Positions 12,989 to 27,172 of a DNA stretch of 64,000 nt are shown piece after piece (position 1 is the stretch's first letter; every line of letters begins with the position of its first letter). Both the position numbers and the translations under genes were made by a program. This DNA comes from Vermamoeba vermiformis (taxonomy: Eukaryota), in assembly GCA_045837725.1 (NCBI GenBank), contig JBEWZL010000216.1, positions 62,001-126,000 on the forward strand, read 5' to 3'. The notes under the pieces are model-generated. The model ran no database searches and was not told where the DNA came from. It worked only from the letters and a program-made list of their open reading frames with translations.

Positions 12989-15322
12989 TTACTTAAATGA
13001 ATGAACAACACTTGCAAAAGGACCCAAGTAACTGTTCAAATCATGTGTGATAATATAGCTTGGTCTAGTGTCTTCATCTACCCAAAGTTCTCTAACCTGC
13101 TCATCAATATTGTTCTGCACCATTTGGTTTGTAAAGAAAAACAGTACAATATGGACTTGATCCATAAACTCTCTGAATGTAGGGTCAGTCTCATTTTCAA
13201 TTGCTGCAAGAAGTTTTTTCCACTCCTTGACAACCATTGTAGCTGTCAACTCTGTTTGACCATCACATGCAAATTCGTTTTTGTGAGCTAGCATGACAAA
13301 TTTGCCTGCACTTGTTGTGCATTGATACAAGTCTATTGCATCTGCTGCTGCTCCATTAGTGTTTCTAAACAGATATGTCAACATCTCTTCTTTTGGAAAG
13401 CTAGTCCTCTGCTGTGCTGTAGGCCAAGTAGTTGTGCCTGGCCAACGATGTACTAATTGAACAAAAGTTTTCTTGGTAATCTTGACTTCAAAGTCTATCA
13501 AATTGTAGCACATTGCACCATTAAACAGCTGAGTCAACTGAACTGAAGTTATTCCACAAGCTAAGAATGCATCCAGCCTCATTGTTTGATACAAGCAGGA
13601 CAGCATTTCAAAGTCTTGCCCACTCAGTGTGTATGCAGGATCACGTAGCAAATTCCAAAATTGCATGAATGGAGCTGGAATTAATGTTTGTTCCATAACT
13701 ACCATGCACAGAAATGGAACAGAAGTAAATAGCGCATCCCCTCTTTGAATTGTTTGCATCATGCCACTAGCCACTAGTGAAGCAAGAGACACCTGCTTGT
13801 TGCCAACTTGAATTGTTCGATCAGCTTCATATAGATTGCCAGTAAGTGTCCAAGAGATTGCTGCTCTGAAAGAACTTGGATCTGAGAGCAAAGCACTGTA
13901 TCTGGCTCTGAAAGTATTGAGGGCCTTAATTTGCACATCCATCATATTAACTTTGTCAACGGCAGTGTTGAGATCTTTCAATGCTTGCAAGACCAGTTCA
14001 AGCATTCTAGGTACACCTCCAGTGTTAGCAATTAATCTAATGAATGACACAATGTTCTTCCAATTAGCAGGAATAAGATTCCAGTCAGGCTGAGTAGCCA
14101 TTACATCAATTACAGCTGCTGTCTCTGTTGTATCAAGTGGTTGTAAGTGGAGCCAAATATTTGGAAAATTAGCTGTCCAGTCTCTAGCAAGTTCATCTTT
14201 GATTGGACCAACCATAGTTCCAGTGAATAACAGTATTGAAGGTGTTTTCTCATAGATTAGTGACAAAATCTTAATGGCCTCCACTGCTACATCACTGCCA
14301 ACATTAAGAATCAAAGACTGAAGTTCATCTAAGTGCCAACAGATTGTCAACTTGTTAGTGCTTGTTGAGTAAACACTGTCAAGATAATTTGCAATATTTG
14401 ATAACTTGAACCAAGAAGGCAATTTGTTGACGTCCCAAGTGTCAATGCCAATGCCAAACAATGATTTCAGGGCTCTTGACACAAGCAAGTAGTTTGCCAC
14501 AAAAGAGCTGCTTTTTCCTTTCAGAAGTTGAAGTTCAGTAGTCTGGATGGCTGAGCCAGCATCAAAAGATATGTGAACAAACAGAGTGTTCACAAAAAAC
14601 TGGAGGATTTCAGGGTCACCACTCTGTTCAGCTCGTTTTTTGAGTTCATTGGGCAGTTGTAGTGCAAATCTTGTCTTGCCAATGCCTGGTGATCCAATCA
14701 CAAACAATCGTGCATTTGCAAGCTTGTTTGGTTTCTCTTTGTGCAAATTTGTGAGGTGAAGCTTAACATAGTGCCACACTTCATCGTATTGTTTAGTTCT
14801 TCCCATTAGTGGCATTTGCTTGCCACATCCTTGGATCTGCAAATATGGTTAATACGGTTATTAGAAACGTATATCTTAACATACGATGGAACTGTCTACT
14901 TGGATGAGGTTTTTGTTGATCAAGAAGCTTGTCTCGTCTTGCCAGAAAAAGTTTATGAATCCATTGATCATTTTCCAGAGATGCATTGGCTTTGCTGGCA
15001 ATTCAGGCAAAGGAAATATCTTCTTTTAAAAGCCATTAGGTCCAGTGTAATTATTAATGGTTTGGATGCAAAATCTATTCGGTTAAAAAAATTAAATAAT
15101 ACCTGTAGTAACCGTTGCACGTTGCAGGGAGTGTACATCTTGGGCAACATCAGTTCGACGCACTTTTTTTGGTTGCTCCTCTGGCGAGTCCGCTAAAATT
15201 AAAATTAATTCTGATGAACGACCATTAAATAAGTAAAATAATTATGTAATTAATTATTAAAACCAAATTTAATAAGGTTACTTACTCTCCGAAATAGGTC
15301 TTTTCTTCCGCGGCTGACTCAT
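12989..15322 (-). CDS. Crinkler-like P-loop NTPase with C-terminal restriction-endonuclease-like domain (copy A); apparent frameshift near 15025
   Basis: Walker A GSPGIGKTR, Walker B ICWHLDE, GGVPR, QDFE and FRNTNGAAAD segment; ATG 15322 (MSQPRKKRP) on short upstream exons. Confidence 0.7.
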
Positions 15323-15520
15323 CGTTGCAATTCTACCGCTAATTTGCAGGCAGGTTAGTAAGCGCTGTGAGGAAACGAGTAGTGACTGTCGCTGCAATAG
15401 AGGAAGTTGTAAAACGCTAATCTTCCTTTTTTTTTACGTTTTGGTTCTCACCATAGACCAAGTTTGAACTGCTTTGCGAAATTTCGAATGAGCGCTTAAA
15501 GCCTCTTCGAAGAAAAGGGT

Positions 15521-16302
15521 CTAATTCCATTCTCCTTGTAGTATATAATCACTGCTGGTAAATAGTACTAAAAGTTTACTCGTGTCCTTGTGCAAAACCA
15601 AGTTCCATCCGAAGTGCTTTTTTGGATCCCGTGAGATCCAGATTTGGCACGAACCTCCAGCAGCAATAGCAGCGGCACTGAAAGCCAATGTACCACTACC
15701 CTCATCCCTTCGAGCGATATTAGCTTGATGAATGCCAGCGAGGCCATAAGCACGCACTGTTACGATTTTTCCACCGCAGTAACCGGATCTGATCCGATAA
15801 AAAATGATACCCGGTTGCTTGTCAAGGCAAAGACCATCGAATTGAAATGTACATAACCATATAGAATAGCACTCTTAGAAGAATGTAAAATTAGATTAGG
15901 CACGGAAGATCTGGCTAATTTTGTCTTACGTGAAAACGGCGCGGCATCCACAGGGAAAGCAAAACGACATCGGTATCGCCGTCGACAATGCATAAGAAAG
16001 AAATAGAAGTGGTCAATCCGCCCAAGAGAAGAACAAAGCAATTGCTTACGCAAGTAATAATGGCATTAATGTGCGCACTAAAAATTGGATCCGGTCAGAT
16101 CGAGCTTCAACCTTACGCTTAAGAAAACAGCTGTAAAGCCAATACTTACAAAGAGGGCCGGTCTCGTGGGCCCAAACAAGCTGTTCATCGTGATGAAGTC
16201 CAACAAGCAGACTAGGACGACTTGTGGCTGCGACAGTGAGGTTGGTCGAAACGATGCCTCGGGCTTGTTGAGTTCACCAATGATTGTCTGAGTGAAAAAC
16301 AA
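15521..16302 (-). other. Possible orphan or decayed multi-exon gene
   Basis: Exon-like GC-richer blocks bounded by gtaag donors on the minus strand; no recognisable motif and no clean reading frame. Confidence 0.3.
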
Positions 16303-16487
16303 CTATCAATATCATTGAGTATATACGTTCGGTAGTAAAATAGGCAAAACGTGCGACACAGAAGAGCAGATTTCGGTAGTATCTTAAATTTTTAAAAATT
16401 CGAATTGTACGCAAGTATTATTTGATTATTAAGTAATATTATTTACTTACTTTTCTACGTTTGTATAAACCGGATTTCTTTGTGGAT

Positions 16488-17138
16488 TCATATAAAGCTC
16501 CTCAAATAATAATTCGCTGCCGCATTCGCTCTACAACTGATGACAAATTTCATTGACGAGAGCTCGCGATCGATATCTTCCATAAACTGCATAATAAAAT
16601 CCACGATTTTGTGTTTGTGCATCAACTCCGTATGAAAATTTGTGACTAAGAAGCTTAGATCGTATCCAGGAAGAGGTTTTCGTCTGAGGACTATAAAATC
16701 TTCTGCTCGGTGTGCCAAAAAGCGCATAAACTTCTTAGCAATAATCTGATCCAATTCATCGTTCTTTCGGACATTTACGCTAATACGAACTGAATTGATG
16801 GATCCTTCGATGAAAACTCTTTCCTGCTCGTTGCGAGCAATTACAACCGGATTTAATAGCAGTTCTGGATTGGTCCTGCGAATAGTTAATAAAATTTACT
16901 GCTGCGTTGTAAAACGAGAGATTTGACCAAGGTCCGTCACGAAAAAAGTAATTAATTAACGTAATCGATTAACTGTAACGAATAACAATCATATATTATA
17001 TTATACATAACACAAGCGTACCTGGCTTCAATTTCAGGCTTGTTGTGCCTCTCCACATCTTGCGAGGCGAAATTTTGCAAGCACATCGCTGCAGTGAGCG
17101 TAGCTCGTATAGTTTTGGTATTTTTCGTAGGTAAGCAT
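16488..17138 (-). CDS. ARPC4: Arp2/3 complex subunit 4 (divergent copy; start codon out of frame)
   Basis: [28 protein letters not shown] / [32 protein letters not shown] / [34 protein letters not shown]; one intron. Confidence 0.88.
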
Positions 17139-17567
17139 ATTTTAATATTAAATTCGGCCGTTTCGTAATATAGAAAGTTACACGAATATTTCGCGTTGTG
17201 AATCAGATGTGGCTTGAATTAATTGATAATTAAATTATTTTTGTAAATAAAATATAATAGCCTTTGTGTTCTTCTGGTCTGCTACTTTTGATTCTATTTT
17301 AGCAATTTCCGATTTACGAGCCCTGATCGACCCTGATCGATCTTGGCCCTGGAAAACCTTGGCAATTAATAACTTTTCTCGCTTGCTAGCATTCTAATAC
17401 TACTTTTAATAGTAAAGCACGTCATTGAGGGTTTCTTAAGAATATAATGGCTGGAGATATCGCTAAAAAAACGAAAAATCTCGCGTAAATAACTATCTTG
17501 GCTTGTGTTGGTTTATTTTGACTGAATTTAAAGCCCAGTACCACCTGGGACGATAGTATATATTATT

Positions 17568-18997
17568 ATGGATGACTTGCAACGAGCTAAAATTATTACG
17601 GCGGTTTGCTTGCTCGTAACAAGCGCGATCGCATCTTTTCTGCCCTGGATTTTAGCTAAAAAGCTGCGAAAAACAGAATACGCCTTCTCATTATTAAATT
17701 GCTTATCGGGTACGCATAATCATAATTATTTAAGATTAAATTGATAATAATTTGTTAAAATCTGAGATTTATTCTTTTTAAAATTCAGGCGGAATTGTCC
17801 TAGGCTCCGGATTATCACATATGCTGCCTGATTCAGCTGCAGGCTTTCGTGCACACTTCGGCGATGACAGTTATCCCTACGCCGAGATGATTGCTGGTGG
17901 AACTTTGATCGTTCTTTACGCGATCGAAAAGATCGCGCTCGGAGGTCAGCATTCGCACTCAGACGTTAATTGTGAGTATAGGCATGCTTATAATAAGCAT
18001 ACCCGCCCTATTGCAAAGTGTGATTCAATTTTCTAACACCGCATCTAACTCCGTAGTTGACGAAGAAGCACCGATGATGAATATTTCGCCGAATGGAAAG
18101 AAAAAATCGCACGGAGAAGGTGCGCATAGTCATAAGGAACACGGTGGTCAACACGTTCACGCATCTGAACAAAATTTACATCACCGCCACTCGCATTCGC
18201 ACGACGACAAGGATTCGGACGACGATCTGCCTGCGGATCCAGTGACTGAAGAGCCAAACACTATTAATGCATGCGAGGTTAATAAGAATATGGAGGCTAT
18301 TGAAGACATCGTTGAAGACTCGCATCGAGCGGATGTGGTCATACAAGCCATAGTTTTTTTAGTCGCGCTTAGCATGCACTCGTTATTCGAAGGTAAGTCT
18401 TTGCAAACATTTATCTAACTTCTTTTTAAGGAAATGACTAAATTTCTTTTGACTATCTTGAGCCTCTTACCGTCCGTGGCTATTTTTTATTACACGATTT
18501 CCTTTTATGGTAATTTATTGATTTTACCTTTTTTAGGTCTTGGTCTGGGAGCAGAGACCACGGACAACGGTCTGTACGGAGTGTTAGCGGCCGTAGTCTC
18601 GCACAAGTTGTTAGAAGCATTTGCCTTAGGCCTTGCCATTTATCGTGCTCGATTTGCCTTATGGCTAAATATAGTAATTTTGATTGGCTACGCACTTGCT
18701 ACTCCCATAGGTAAGTCTTTGCAAAAATTTCCTTCGCTACGTCAGATCTTTTGTTAATTATGTTTTTCATGAATAGGAACTATTGCGGGAATGTTTGCAG
18801 CTACGAATCCAGACAACGCTGAATTTATTGCGGCTATTTTAGTCTCAATTGCAGCCGGTTCATTCTTCTACATTGCTCTCGTAGAAATTTTGCCTAATGA
18901 ACTGAACAAACCAACCCCACGCAAGAAACTTTATCCAAAAATAGCACTCATGGCGTTTGGCTGGGGTTTTATGGCGTTCATTGCTATGTTTGCCTAA
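17568..18997 (+). CDS. ZIP (SLC39/Zrt-type) zinc transporter
   Basis: GGIVLGSGLSHMLPDS, His-rich loop, ALSMHSLFEGLGLG, SHKLLEAFALG, AAGSFFYIALVEILP. Confidence 0.92.
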
Positions 18998-19142
18998 TAT
19001 GGTAATAAGTTGGGCGAAAACAATTGTAAATAGAAAAAGATATTTTTCACGGAAAAGCCAAAAAATTATCTTGTAATAAATATCTTCTATCGCGATAGTA
19101 TTTAATCTTAAGTCCTAATTTTATTATTATTATCGATAACTT

Positions 19143-22097
19143 TTACATCGGAACAATAACGATGTCAAGCACAGTGCCGTCAGGAATAGTTGACACGTGA
19201 TTGATTTGAATGCGGTTCGGATCTGATGTCTTGGACCACGTCGCGTAGTTCGAAGGACTAATAGCAACGTTATATCCATTGGGATACACGAACTCAGTGC
19301 ACACGTAGATGATCGTTGGCGCTGTAGCCGCCTAAGAAAAAATTTGTCAGGCAAATCAAAGTTTCGTCCGAATACTACAAGTTTGACACGTGTAAGGGAA
19401 GATGAAAATAAGCTGCACGACCGCTACGCGATCGATGCTGAAAATTGATGTTTTGACACGTGTCAAGCTAAAAAAGGAAAAATGAGTGGTGTTGGTACGT
19501 ACATTGTTAACGGAGTAGCTCATTCTGAAAATGCCAGTGGCAGGGTAAAAGATGTACCGCTTAGGGTAGCCGGCAATGGCCATCGGATACGTTCTATATT
19601 TGGCAAGTCGTTAATCACCGTTCACTGAAAAATTCCGTCAAAGTACTCACCTCGCAATCGCTTTAACTTTGGCTTTTTGCAATGAACCGTCAGAATTGTA
19701 AAACGATTCAGAACCGCCAGTTGCTTAATATGGACATTAGCAATTCGATTGATAGGGCGCTTTCCATTTTTGGAAATATCAAATTAAAATCTTTGAGACT
19801 TACCAGCAGTTGTGATGTCGTTGTATGATTTGAATTGCCACCAAGACCAAGATTGTTGGTACGAATCGGCCATGTCTAAATAAGGAATAGATTAATTTCT
19901 GGTTCATGAACGACGAGTAGTATGGAGACTTACTAAGCAAATTCTCGATGTTATCGATGCCGTTGGGCAAATCATCGAGAGCACCAAACTCGGTCATAAA
20001 TCCACCAGCGCCTAGTCTCTTGACTTCCTTCATCGCAAATTCATAGACCAGATCTTGCATGCCATCGCAGACCACAGTCCATGAACCTGGATCTCCCGTC
20101 TAAAATAATAAATACGATTAATTAACTCAAATACTAACATTAAATGCATATTTATATGGTTCGTAATATTTGTAAGAGTATTTTGAGCGTTGATAGAAAA
20201 ATTTTGTTCGGGATGTACTTACGCGATTGGTCAAACCACAGTAAATGTGATACGACAATACAGAACGGTTAGAATACCTATTTACAATTCAAACATTAGA
20301 ATCAATATACTCATAGGCCCTATTTCATTATTCGAACTTACTGATCGCCTCCAGGAACGTGAGTGAATCCGGTTTGATCCAACAAAACATTGTCCACTAA
20401 ATTTTGTTCGAAGAAAATCAATGTTTCATCGTCGATTTGACGGACTTGCGTGGCTAAGTAGTCGTAGAAGGGTTGCAAGTTGTGCAGATCCGCGTACTTA
20501 GGATAAAGCAGCTTCAAATTTCTGTAAACATCTCCTGCCCACTAATATAATATTATTAATGTTAAAACTACTTTTAGTTTCACGAAATTAAGTAATCGAT
20601 TTTAAATTACAAATTACGGCAGATCACATCCGCATTTTTAAATTGAACTTCGATTACGAAATTATAATATAATTAATAAAAGCATTATTTAAAGACTATA
20701 TAGTATTACTAGGACTTACAGGTTCATTAAGTAATTCGTAGCCCATAACATTCGGGTACTTAGCAAAGTTCTTAGCGACGAGTTGCCAAAACGCACCAAA
20801 GCTTTGTCTGATGCCGTCCTTATCGTCATATAAATTTTGGAATGCGCTGTTGGTAGCTGAGGCCAAGTAGAATCGAGCAAACTCGTACTACAAAACCACA
20901 ATCAGATCCAGATCGATTTTTGGCATCAACGAGTAAAATTTCAATTAACGTTATGCGGGATTTAAATGCCATAATTATCTCTATATACCAATATAGCATG
21001 TTTAATCGTCGTCTTACCTTCAAGCAGGCATTGATATCAGGATAGCCAGTGTTCGGATCCGTTGGCAAAGGCTCGAACAACGATGGTGAAGGGAAAGGCG
21101 GCGTTAAAGGGTCTATTAAGCACAATTATATTAGCATAAATATATTTAAGGGGATTATAGCGCTCTATAAATGCATTCAAGAGCGTGTAAAGGCCCGATT
21201 GAAATTTATGGAAATTTCCAAAAAAGGAAAACGTACCAACGATTGCAGCAAAATCAGGAACACCTTCACCGCAGAATTTAGGTGATAATAAATCTTGATG
21301 GCAATCTAACAGTACGAATATATCGTATCTTTGCAACGTTTCAATAAGTTGCTTCATGACGTTAATGTAAGTCATGTTGTATTGGTTGCGTTGAGGCTCA
21401 ACTCCGGGCCACATCATTCCGAGCCTATAAATAGTAGATTAATATGAATAAATTAATAAATCAATTACTCGCAATTTAAAATTTAAAAGATCCGATCGCG
21501 TATCAAATGTGCAACAAAATGACGCTAATTACATTAATTATTCGTATAAAACGAGTATTTAGCAAAATTAATATTATTACCTGATAAAATTAATGCCCCA
21601 TGAGTGCAAGTTTCTGATATCATCTTCGTTTAATGAAGTTTCAGGATCGAACGCGCCAAAAGTAGGGTGATAAGGCGCTGTTTTGTATCTAAAATTCGTG
21701 ATTAATTATGATATAATGATTTACCCTCATGAACTCGTTAAGCGAATGCATTGTTTCAATTTCAAGTCAGATGTCGCGAGAACAGTTTTTACGCATCTTT
21801 CAATTTGCAAAATTTAGCCATTAATTACTATACATACACTGCATTAACTCCATGGAATATTCTGACTCGATTATCATCGTCAATGTAATGCTTTGTCGCG
21901 AGATCAACCTTCAAAAAAAGTTTTTAAGTTATCAGTGGGTTTCTATAATCTGATAGCTGTTATGCACGATATAATAAATAATGCTAATATTAATAATATA
22001 GTAGTATTATGGAATAAAGTGAAAAAGATTTTTTTACCTTGATCTTCGCCAAGACAAGTCCGGTTGTTAACAAAATAATAAATAAGGCACGCGACAT
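19143..22097 (-). CDS. Secreted glycoside hydrolase family 5, endoglycoceramidase-like
   Basis: Signal peptide; RIFHGVNAV, WGINFIRLG, MWPGVEP, LLDCHQD, FCGEGVP, GYELLNEP (acid/base), FMTEFG (nucleophile); many introns. Confidence 0.9.
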
Positions 22098-22332
22098 AAC
22101 AAGCTTATCGAATGCCATGATATAAATAGCTTATTGTGGTTATCATAAAAAATAGCGAAGTTCTTGCACAATTTTCTTAAACAGCAACTAGCAGCTAGTC
22201 GCTATAACACAAAAGCACGACAAACACATTTCATTAACACTTGTATTACCTTTCATTCTTTTCATGCTTCGGCACCTGAAATACGCAACGCGACGAATCT
22301 CTAGCCTAAATCCGTTTAAAGCACGAGCGTAA

Positions 22333-24742
22333 ATGGACGAAGGTGAGTATATCAATTCAGTATATTATTTATTATTATTTTTCGTAAAATGGATGCTTAG
22401 TAAGTTCGTTTATTGGCGCATGTACAAATCCCGCTTTTTTTTTGAAAAGTCGCAAATGGCTTGGTAATTAATGTATCCATAATTCACGAAGGAGAATTTA
22501 AATTGAACAGCATATTGATTCGTCCAGTTTTTTATTGGATTTATTGAAAGACTTTTTAATCGCTCAGCAGTCCCGAACTCGCAAGATCCACAAACGAACC
22601 TTCTTATCAATTGGACGACTGAAGACATCAAACAATGGCTACATACCTATTCGAAATTTCCGCCTGAAGTCATCGCCGAACTCTGTTCCGTCTCATCCGG
22701 CGCCGAACTAAGCCAATATTCAGACAAACCTGCCTTAATGGACAGATTTGAAGAATTAACTGGCAGACAAGCACTATGGCTATTAGACAGGCTCATATGT
22801 AAGTAGCTCATATTATTATTAATCTTTGAGATCGATCCATCTGACAAACTGTAGTGCCTCATGTACCTGTGACAACAATTGCTACGCCAAAAAAGCGAAA
22901 GTCACATTTAATCTCCCCAAGTGATGAAAAAGAACAAGACTTGCAACAGGATGCAAAAAAGATCAAGCTTGATCCTCCTGCTGCAAGCAAGTTTTTCACA
23001 TTTGCAGATGGTGCAGTACCCAGCTGGTCACATGCAGACACTGAAGCTATGAAAAATTTGTTTGCTAGGCTCATTGAGTTAAATCAGTTGGAAACACAAC
23101 AAAGTATTTTTGGCAAAGGCCTTCAAAATGTACTGCCTTTAGTACCATTTGGTGAGGCTTGGAGGATCTTTGAGTGGTTTTTATACAATCCTATGCACCA
23201 TCAATTTGAAGAATTTGCTCAAAAAGTTACTATGAAGAGCAGTAATGTTCAAAGTTCCAAAGTATACTTGATCTATCAAGTTTCTGGTGCTGGCAAGACC
23301 AAACTTGCTTATGAGCTATCCAAGCTACACTACACCATTGTCATTTGTTTCATTGACAAGACTGAACAGCTTTCAGCTTTAAGGCAGATATTTGACCCAA
23401 CTTTCATCTTACACAAGTACAACAAACTTGACTTGGCTGAACGACAACAACTTCCCTACTTCTCATTGGCAGTGACTTATGCTTGGATCAAAGCTCATAT
23501 TTTGTTCTTGGATTGGTACCAAAACAACCTGGTTAATGATGGCAAGTTAACAAACTATACTTAAATGAATTAACTAATCAAAAGCAGCAAACCTCACTGA
23601 TGAGCAAAAGAGGCTCTATTTCCACTTATTTCAATGCAATGGATCTCCAGCAAGAAAATTCATTCAGAGAGAATTCATGTGTGAAATTATCAAAATGAAC
23701 AACACAACAAAAAGTGGATATGTTTTACTTAGCACCTTGCAAGATGAGATTAGGCAACTTGTAATCAGAACTAATGTGGCTGTAAGTAATGTTACTATTT
23801 TCTGTCAGTTGAACTAAGTGGTGCTTTAGACAATTGCCTTTGATGAGCTTCTGTCAACTTTGAATATTGGCACAGCATTGTTTGCTCACAATGAAGTGCC
23901 GGCCAATGATTCTGATGTGGTGAAACTCATTGCATCACATCAAACTCAGATGAAAATGCAATATCAAACCACTGGTGAGTAGTTATTGGTAGTCAAGTAG
24001 TTCTAATTTGATTAGTTTTGGGCCAAGAGGATCCTTTTGCAGCTGAAAGAATGCATACATCATATGTAGATGGTGTCATGCACTTCACTGGTTATTTTGG
24101 CACATCCTTACCCATAGTTTTGACTGACACAAGTAAAAGACTATTGAGCTACTATCTTAAAAATGAAGGAGCAAGACACACCACTCTTATTCATGAATTT
24201 ATACCAGAAGCATACTTATCTGCTTCAAACTTTAGTAGGTGCAAATATTCTGAATGATTTGGCTAATCCTGTTTGCAGGTCAGCTACTTCAGAATTATTT
24301 TGGCACAGGTGACCTCAGCTCATCCTTATCTACATATGAAGGAAGAGCTTTGTTCTTTATCCAGTACTTCTTTTTTGATCAGTTAATGCCAGAATTACAA
24401 AAATCCAAACCAACAACTGCTGAAGAAGTCAAATCTCTTATTAGAAAGCTTCTAAAGAAGGAAAATATTTATGTGCCATGCCAGGAGTGGGCTAACTATG
24501 TAGTTGAAGATTTTTATGAACAAATGAAAAAGCATGACAAAATCATTGCTGCTGTGGAAACTGGAGTAGCTACAAAGGCTGAAATAATCAGCTGGAAACA
24601 GACGGAAGCAACTAAGACAGCCAATATGGCATTGTGCTTTGTTTCTCATGACAATTGCTACATTAAAGAACCATTCATGTTGGAGGCACTGGCAAAAAGA
24701 TTGACACGAACAGATGCTAGTAAGACCCCACCCAAATTCTAA
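22333..24742 (+). CDS. SAM-header Crinkler-like P-loop NTPase (copy B)
   Basis: Exon 2 SAM-like NWTTEDIKQWL; Walker A YQVSGAGKTK; Walker B IAFDEL; C-terminal EPF; paralogous to 42473-44985. Confidence 0.65.
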
Positions 24743-24959
24743 GTTGATGGTGTTTGAAAAGTACTTGCAAAGACAATTGACACTTGCTAACTTGTGATAA
24801 CATGTTGACCAAGAAACCAGAACTGACTTGATTGGTGCATTAAAATTCATTTCATATGCTTGTGTGTAATAAATTAGTATTGAACTAGATATGCATTTGT
24901 CTGTACTGGAGCTTTGCAGTAAGTGTTTTTATTCCTAAATAAATTAGTCACGATAGTTT

Positions 24960-26827
24960 TTACTTCAATTGAGCAGCAGCAGCTAACAATCCTTTGCGAT
25001 GACCAGGCAATGTAATTTCCATCGTGTTCAGATCATCTTGATCCAACGCGGCAACGAGCTACAAAAAAACGGTTAGTAAATCTAATCTATTAAATATTGT
25101 AGTATTTTTTAAGTACATACGTTCAAATTATCGTATCCATTACTCAAAAATCGGTCAATGTAAGCTTCAAAACCTTTCTCTCGTAGCCAATCTGCAACCT
25201 CATCCGACTTCTTTCCTAAAAATTTCATCGATATTAATATAAATGCTCTTTTATCGTTATAAATATTATTAATATTCCTATAGAAGGGTCTTGAAGCGTT
25301 TTCTTACCGGATCTGCTTGACGGTGGTGATCGAGTTTGAACTTTCGGTTCTTCAACAGCTGGCAAGCTCTGTGGTATTTGTTGCATCTGCAAGCTCATTT
25401 GTTCTAATTTACGCTTCGCTATTTGAATTTTCTTCCATTCTTCTTCAATTTCAAGCTGATCTCGTTCATGTTTAACTTTGAGTTTTTCTTGCTCGATCTT
25501 GATCCGTTCTGACTCCATCATTCTGCGCTCATCAATTCGCTTAATCTCTTTGTTCATCTCATCTTGCACGTATTTCAAATCGCTATTCATCTTCGTTCTT
25601 TCTTCTTCGAGTTTTTTCTTTTCCGAATCTATTTTCTTCGCCAAATTTCGCAACAAATTGACCTATATAACATGCGCATTAGTAAAAATATCGTTATAAT
25701 AGCTTAAATAGCCGTAATTATTATCAATAAATAAGCTCACCGTTTCTTCAGGACGATTTTTTGATTCTTCTTTTAACTTTAGATGCGTTTGTTCCATTTG
25801 AACTTTGAGTTCTTCCATCTATTTAACGAGATCTTAGTACAAATAATAACGATACGATAACAATCCTATTACAAATTGACGCGAAGGTTCAAATACCGAT
25901 CAGTTCGATCCAAAAGGAAGATCGTGCGATTAAACAATAGAGGCTTGATTTAATATGAATTAAAATACGTACTTTTAATCGTTCTTGATGCATTTTAGCC
26001 ACGTCTTCTTGCAGCAATTTGAATTTCGCTTCCATTTGAAGTTTTTCCGTCTCGACCTTCTTAATGTATTCTAAGCGATAAAAAGCGATTATTAATAGCC
26101 CCATAAAAAATATGAACGTTATTAAATCGACTTATGGATGATAGACGTGCCTGCAAATTATTTGTAATTTTTTGGATTTTTTGGATCGGATCTTACCTTC
26201 AAATTGATTAACGGCAGTGTTGTATTTCACGTTAAATATTTTCCATAAGCTTTCCTCGCGAGATTTCGAATCAACGTCTTGTTGCTCCAATCTAGCAGTT
26301 AATTTCTGATTGATAACTTCGTCGATATTTTCTAAATTAACGCCCAAATTGTCTTTAATCCACGTAGTTATGTTCTTAGCATATGCTTCATTAGCGTCTA
26401 ATCGTTCTTTAACTTGATTGACTTCTTGGTCGATAAGTTCTAGAACAAAAAAGATCAGATCTTAGAAAAGTACGAAGATTTTTCGTCAATATCGCTACAC
26501 AGTTTAAATACGATTAATTTTATTATTAAAATTCATAATAAATTATTTGCTAACGATAGATCTTTCAGGAAATAATAAACCGTTATTTTTATCAACTGTT
26601 GTTGACACATCTCCCAAAATAACAGATAAATTCATTTAATCACCACTAATATTTAGCGTATTATTACCTTTCATTTTTTCCATGCCAGGTCTGAACGTAT
26701 TTTTGACCCATTCTGCAATATTATCAACTTTGACTTTCTGTTCGTCCACGTCTTTCTTGATCCCATTTACTTCTTTCGCTAAGACTTTTAATAGCTTAGT
26801 CTTCGATTCTGCTTTATCTGCTTCCAT
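24960..26827 (-). CDS. Coiled-coil protein with C-terminal SAM domain
   Basis: E/K-rich heptad exons; SAM: VADWLREKGFEAYIDRFLSNGYDNL...LDQDDLNTMEITLPGHRKGLL. Confidence 0.8.
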
Positions 26828-27172
26828 TATTTCGGCCTGATTAATAACCGTTTGCGGTATTGCGCGCTAGTTTTCTAACAGAATGTTACGAAAAAACACA
26901 GCCAGATTTGATTAAAGAAATTTGAACAGATAGCAAATTCTTGCGTAGTAATAAACATCTATTCCTCATCCTTGAATCGGATGGTAAGTGTTCGGGTTTT
27001 GCGGGATGCGATCATGTTATGAGGTAGATTACAAAGGGAATAAGCGAAGCAAAGAAGCTTTCAAAAATAAATATGATGCTAATAAATCGTTATTTACGTA
27101 ACATAACATTTAAAGCTGGCGTTGCAATGAAATGGTAAGGTGAAATTCGTATTTTAGTCTTTTGAAACAGAA

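Noticed and set aside
16270-16285. In-frame TGA in one frame of the orphan segment as selenocysteine
   Set aside because: No redox motif or SECIS evident, and the frame itself is unsupported.
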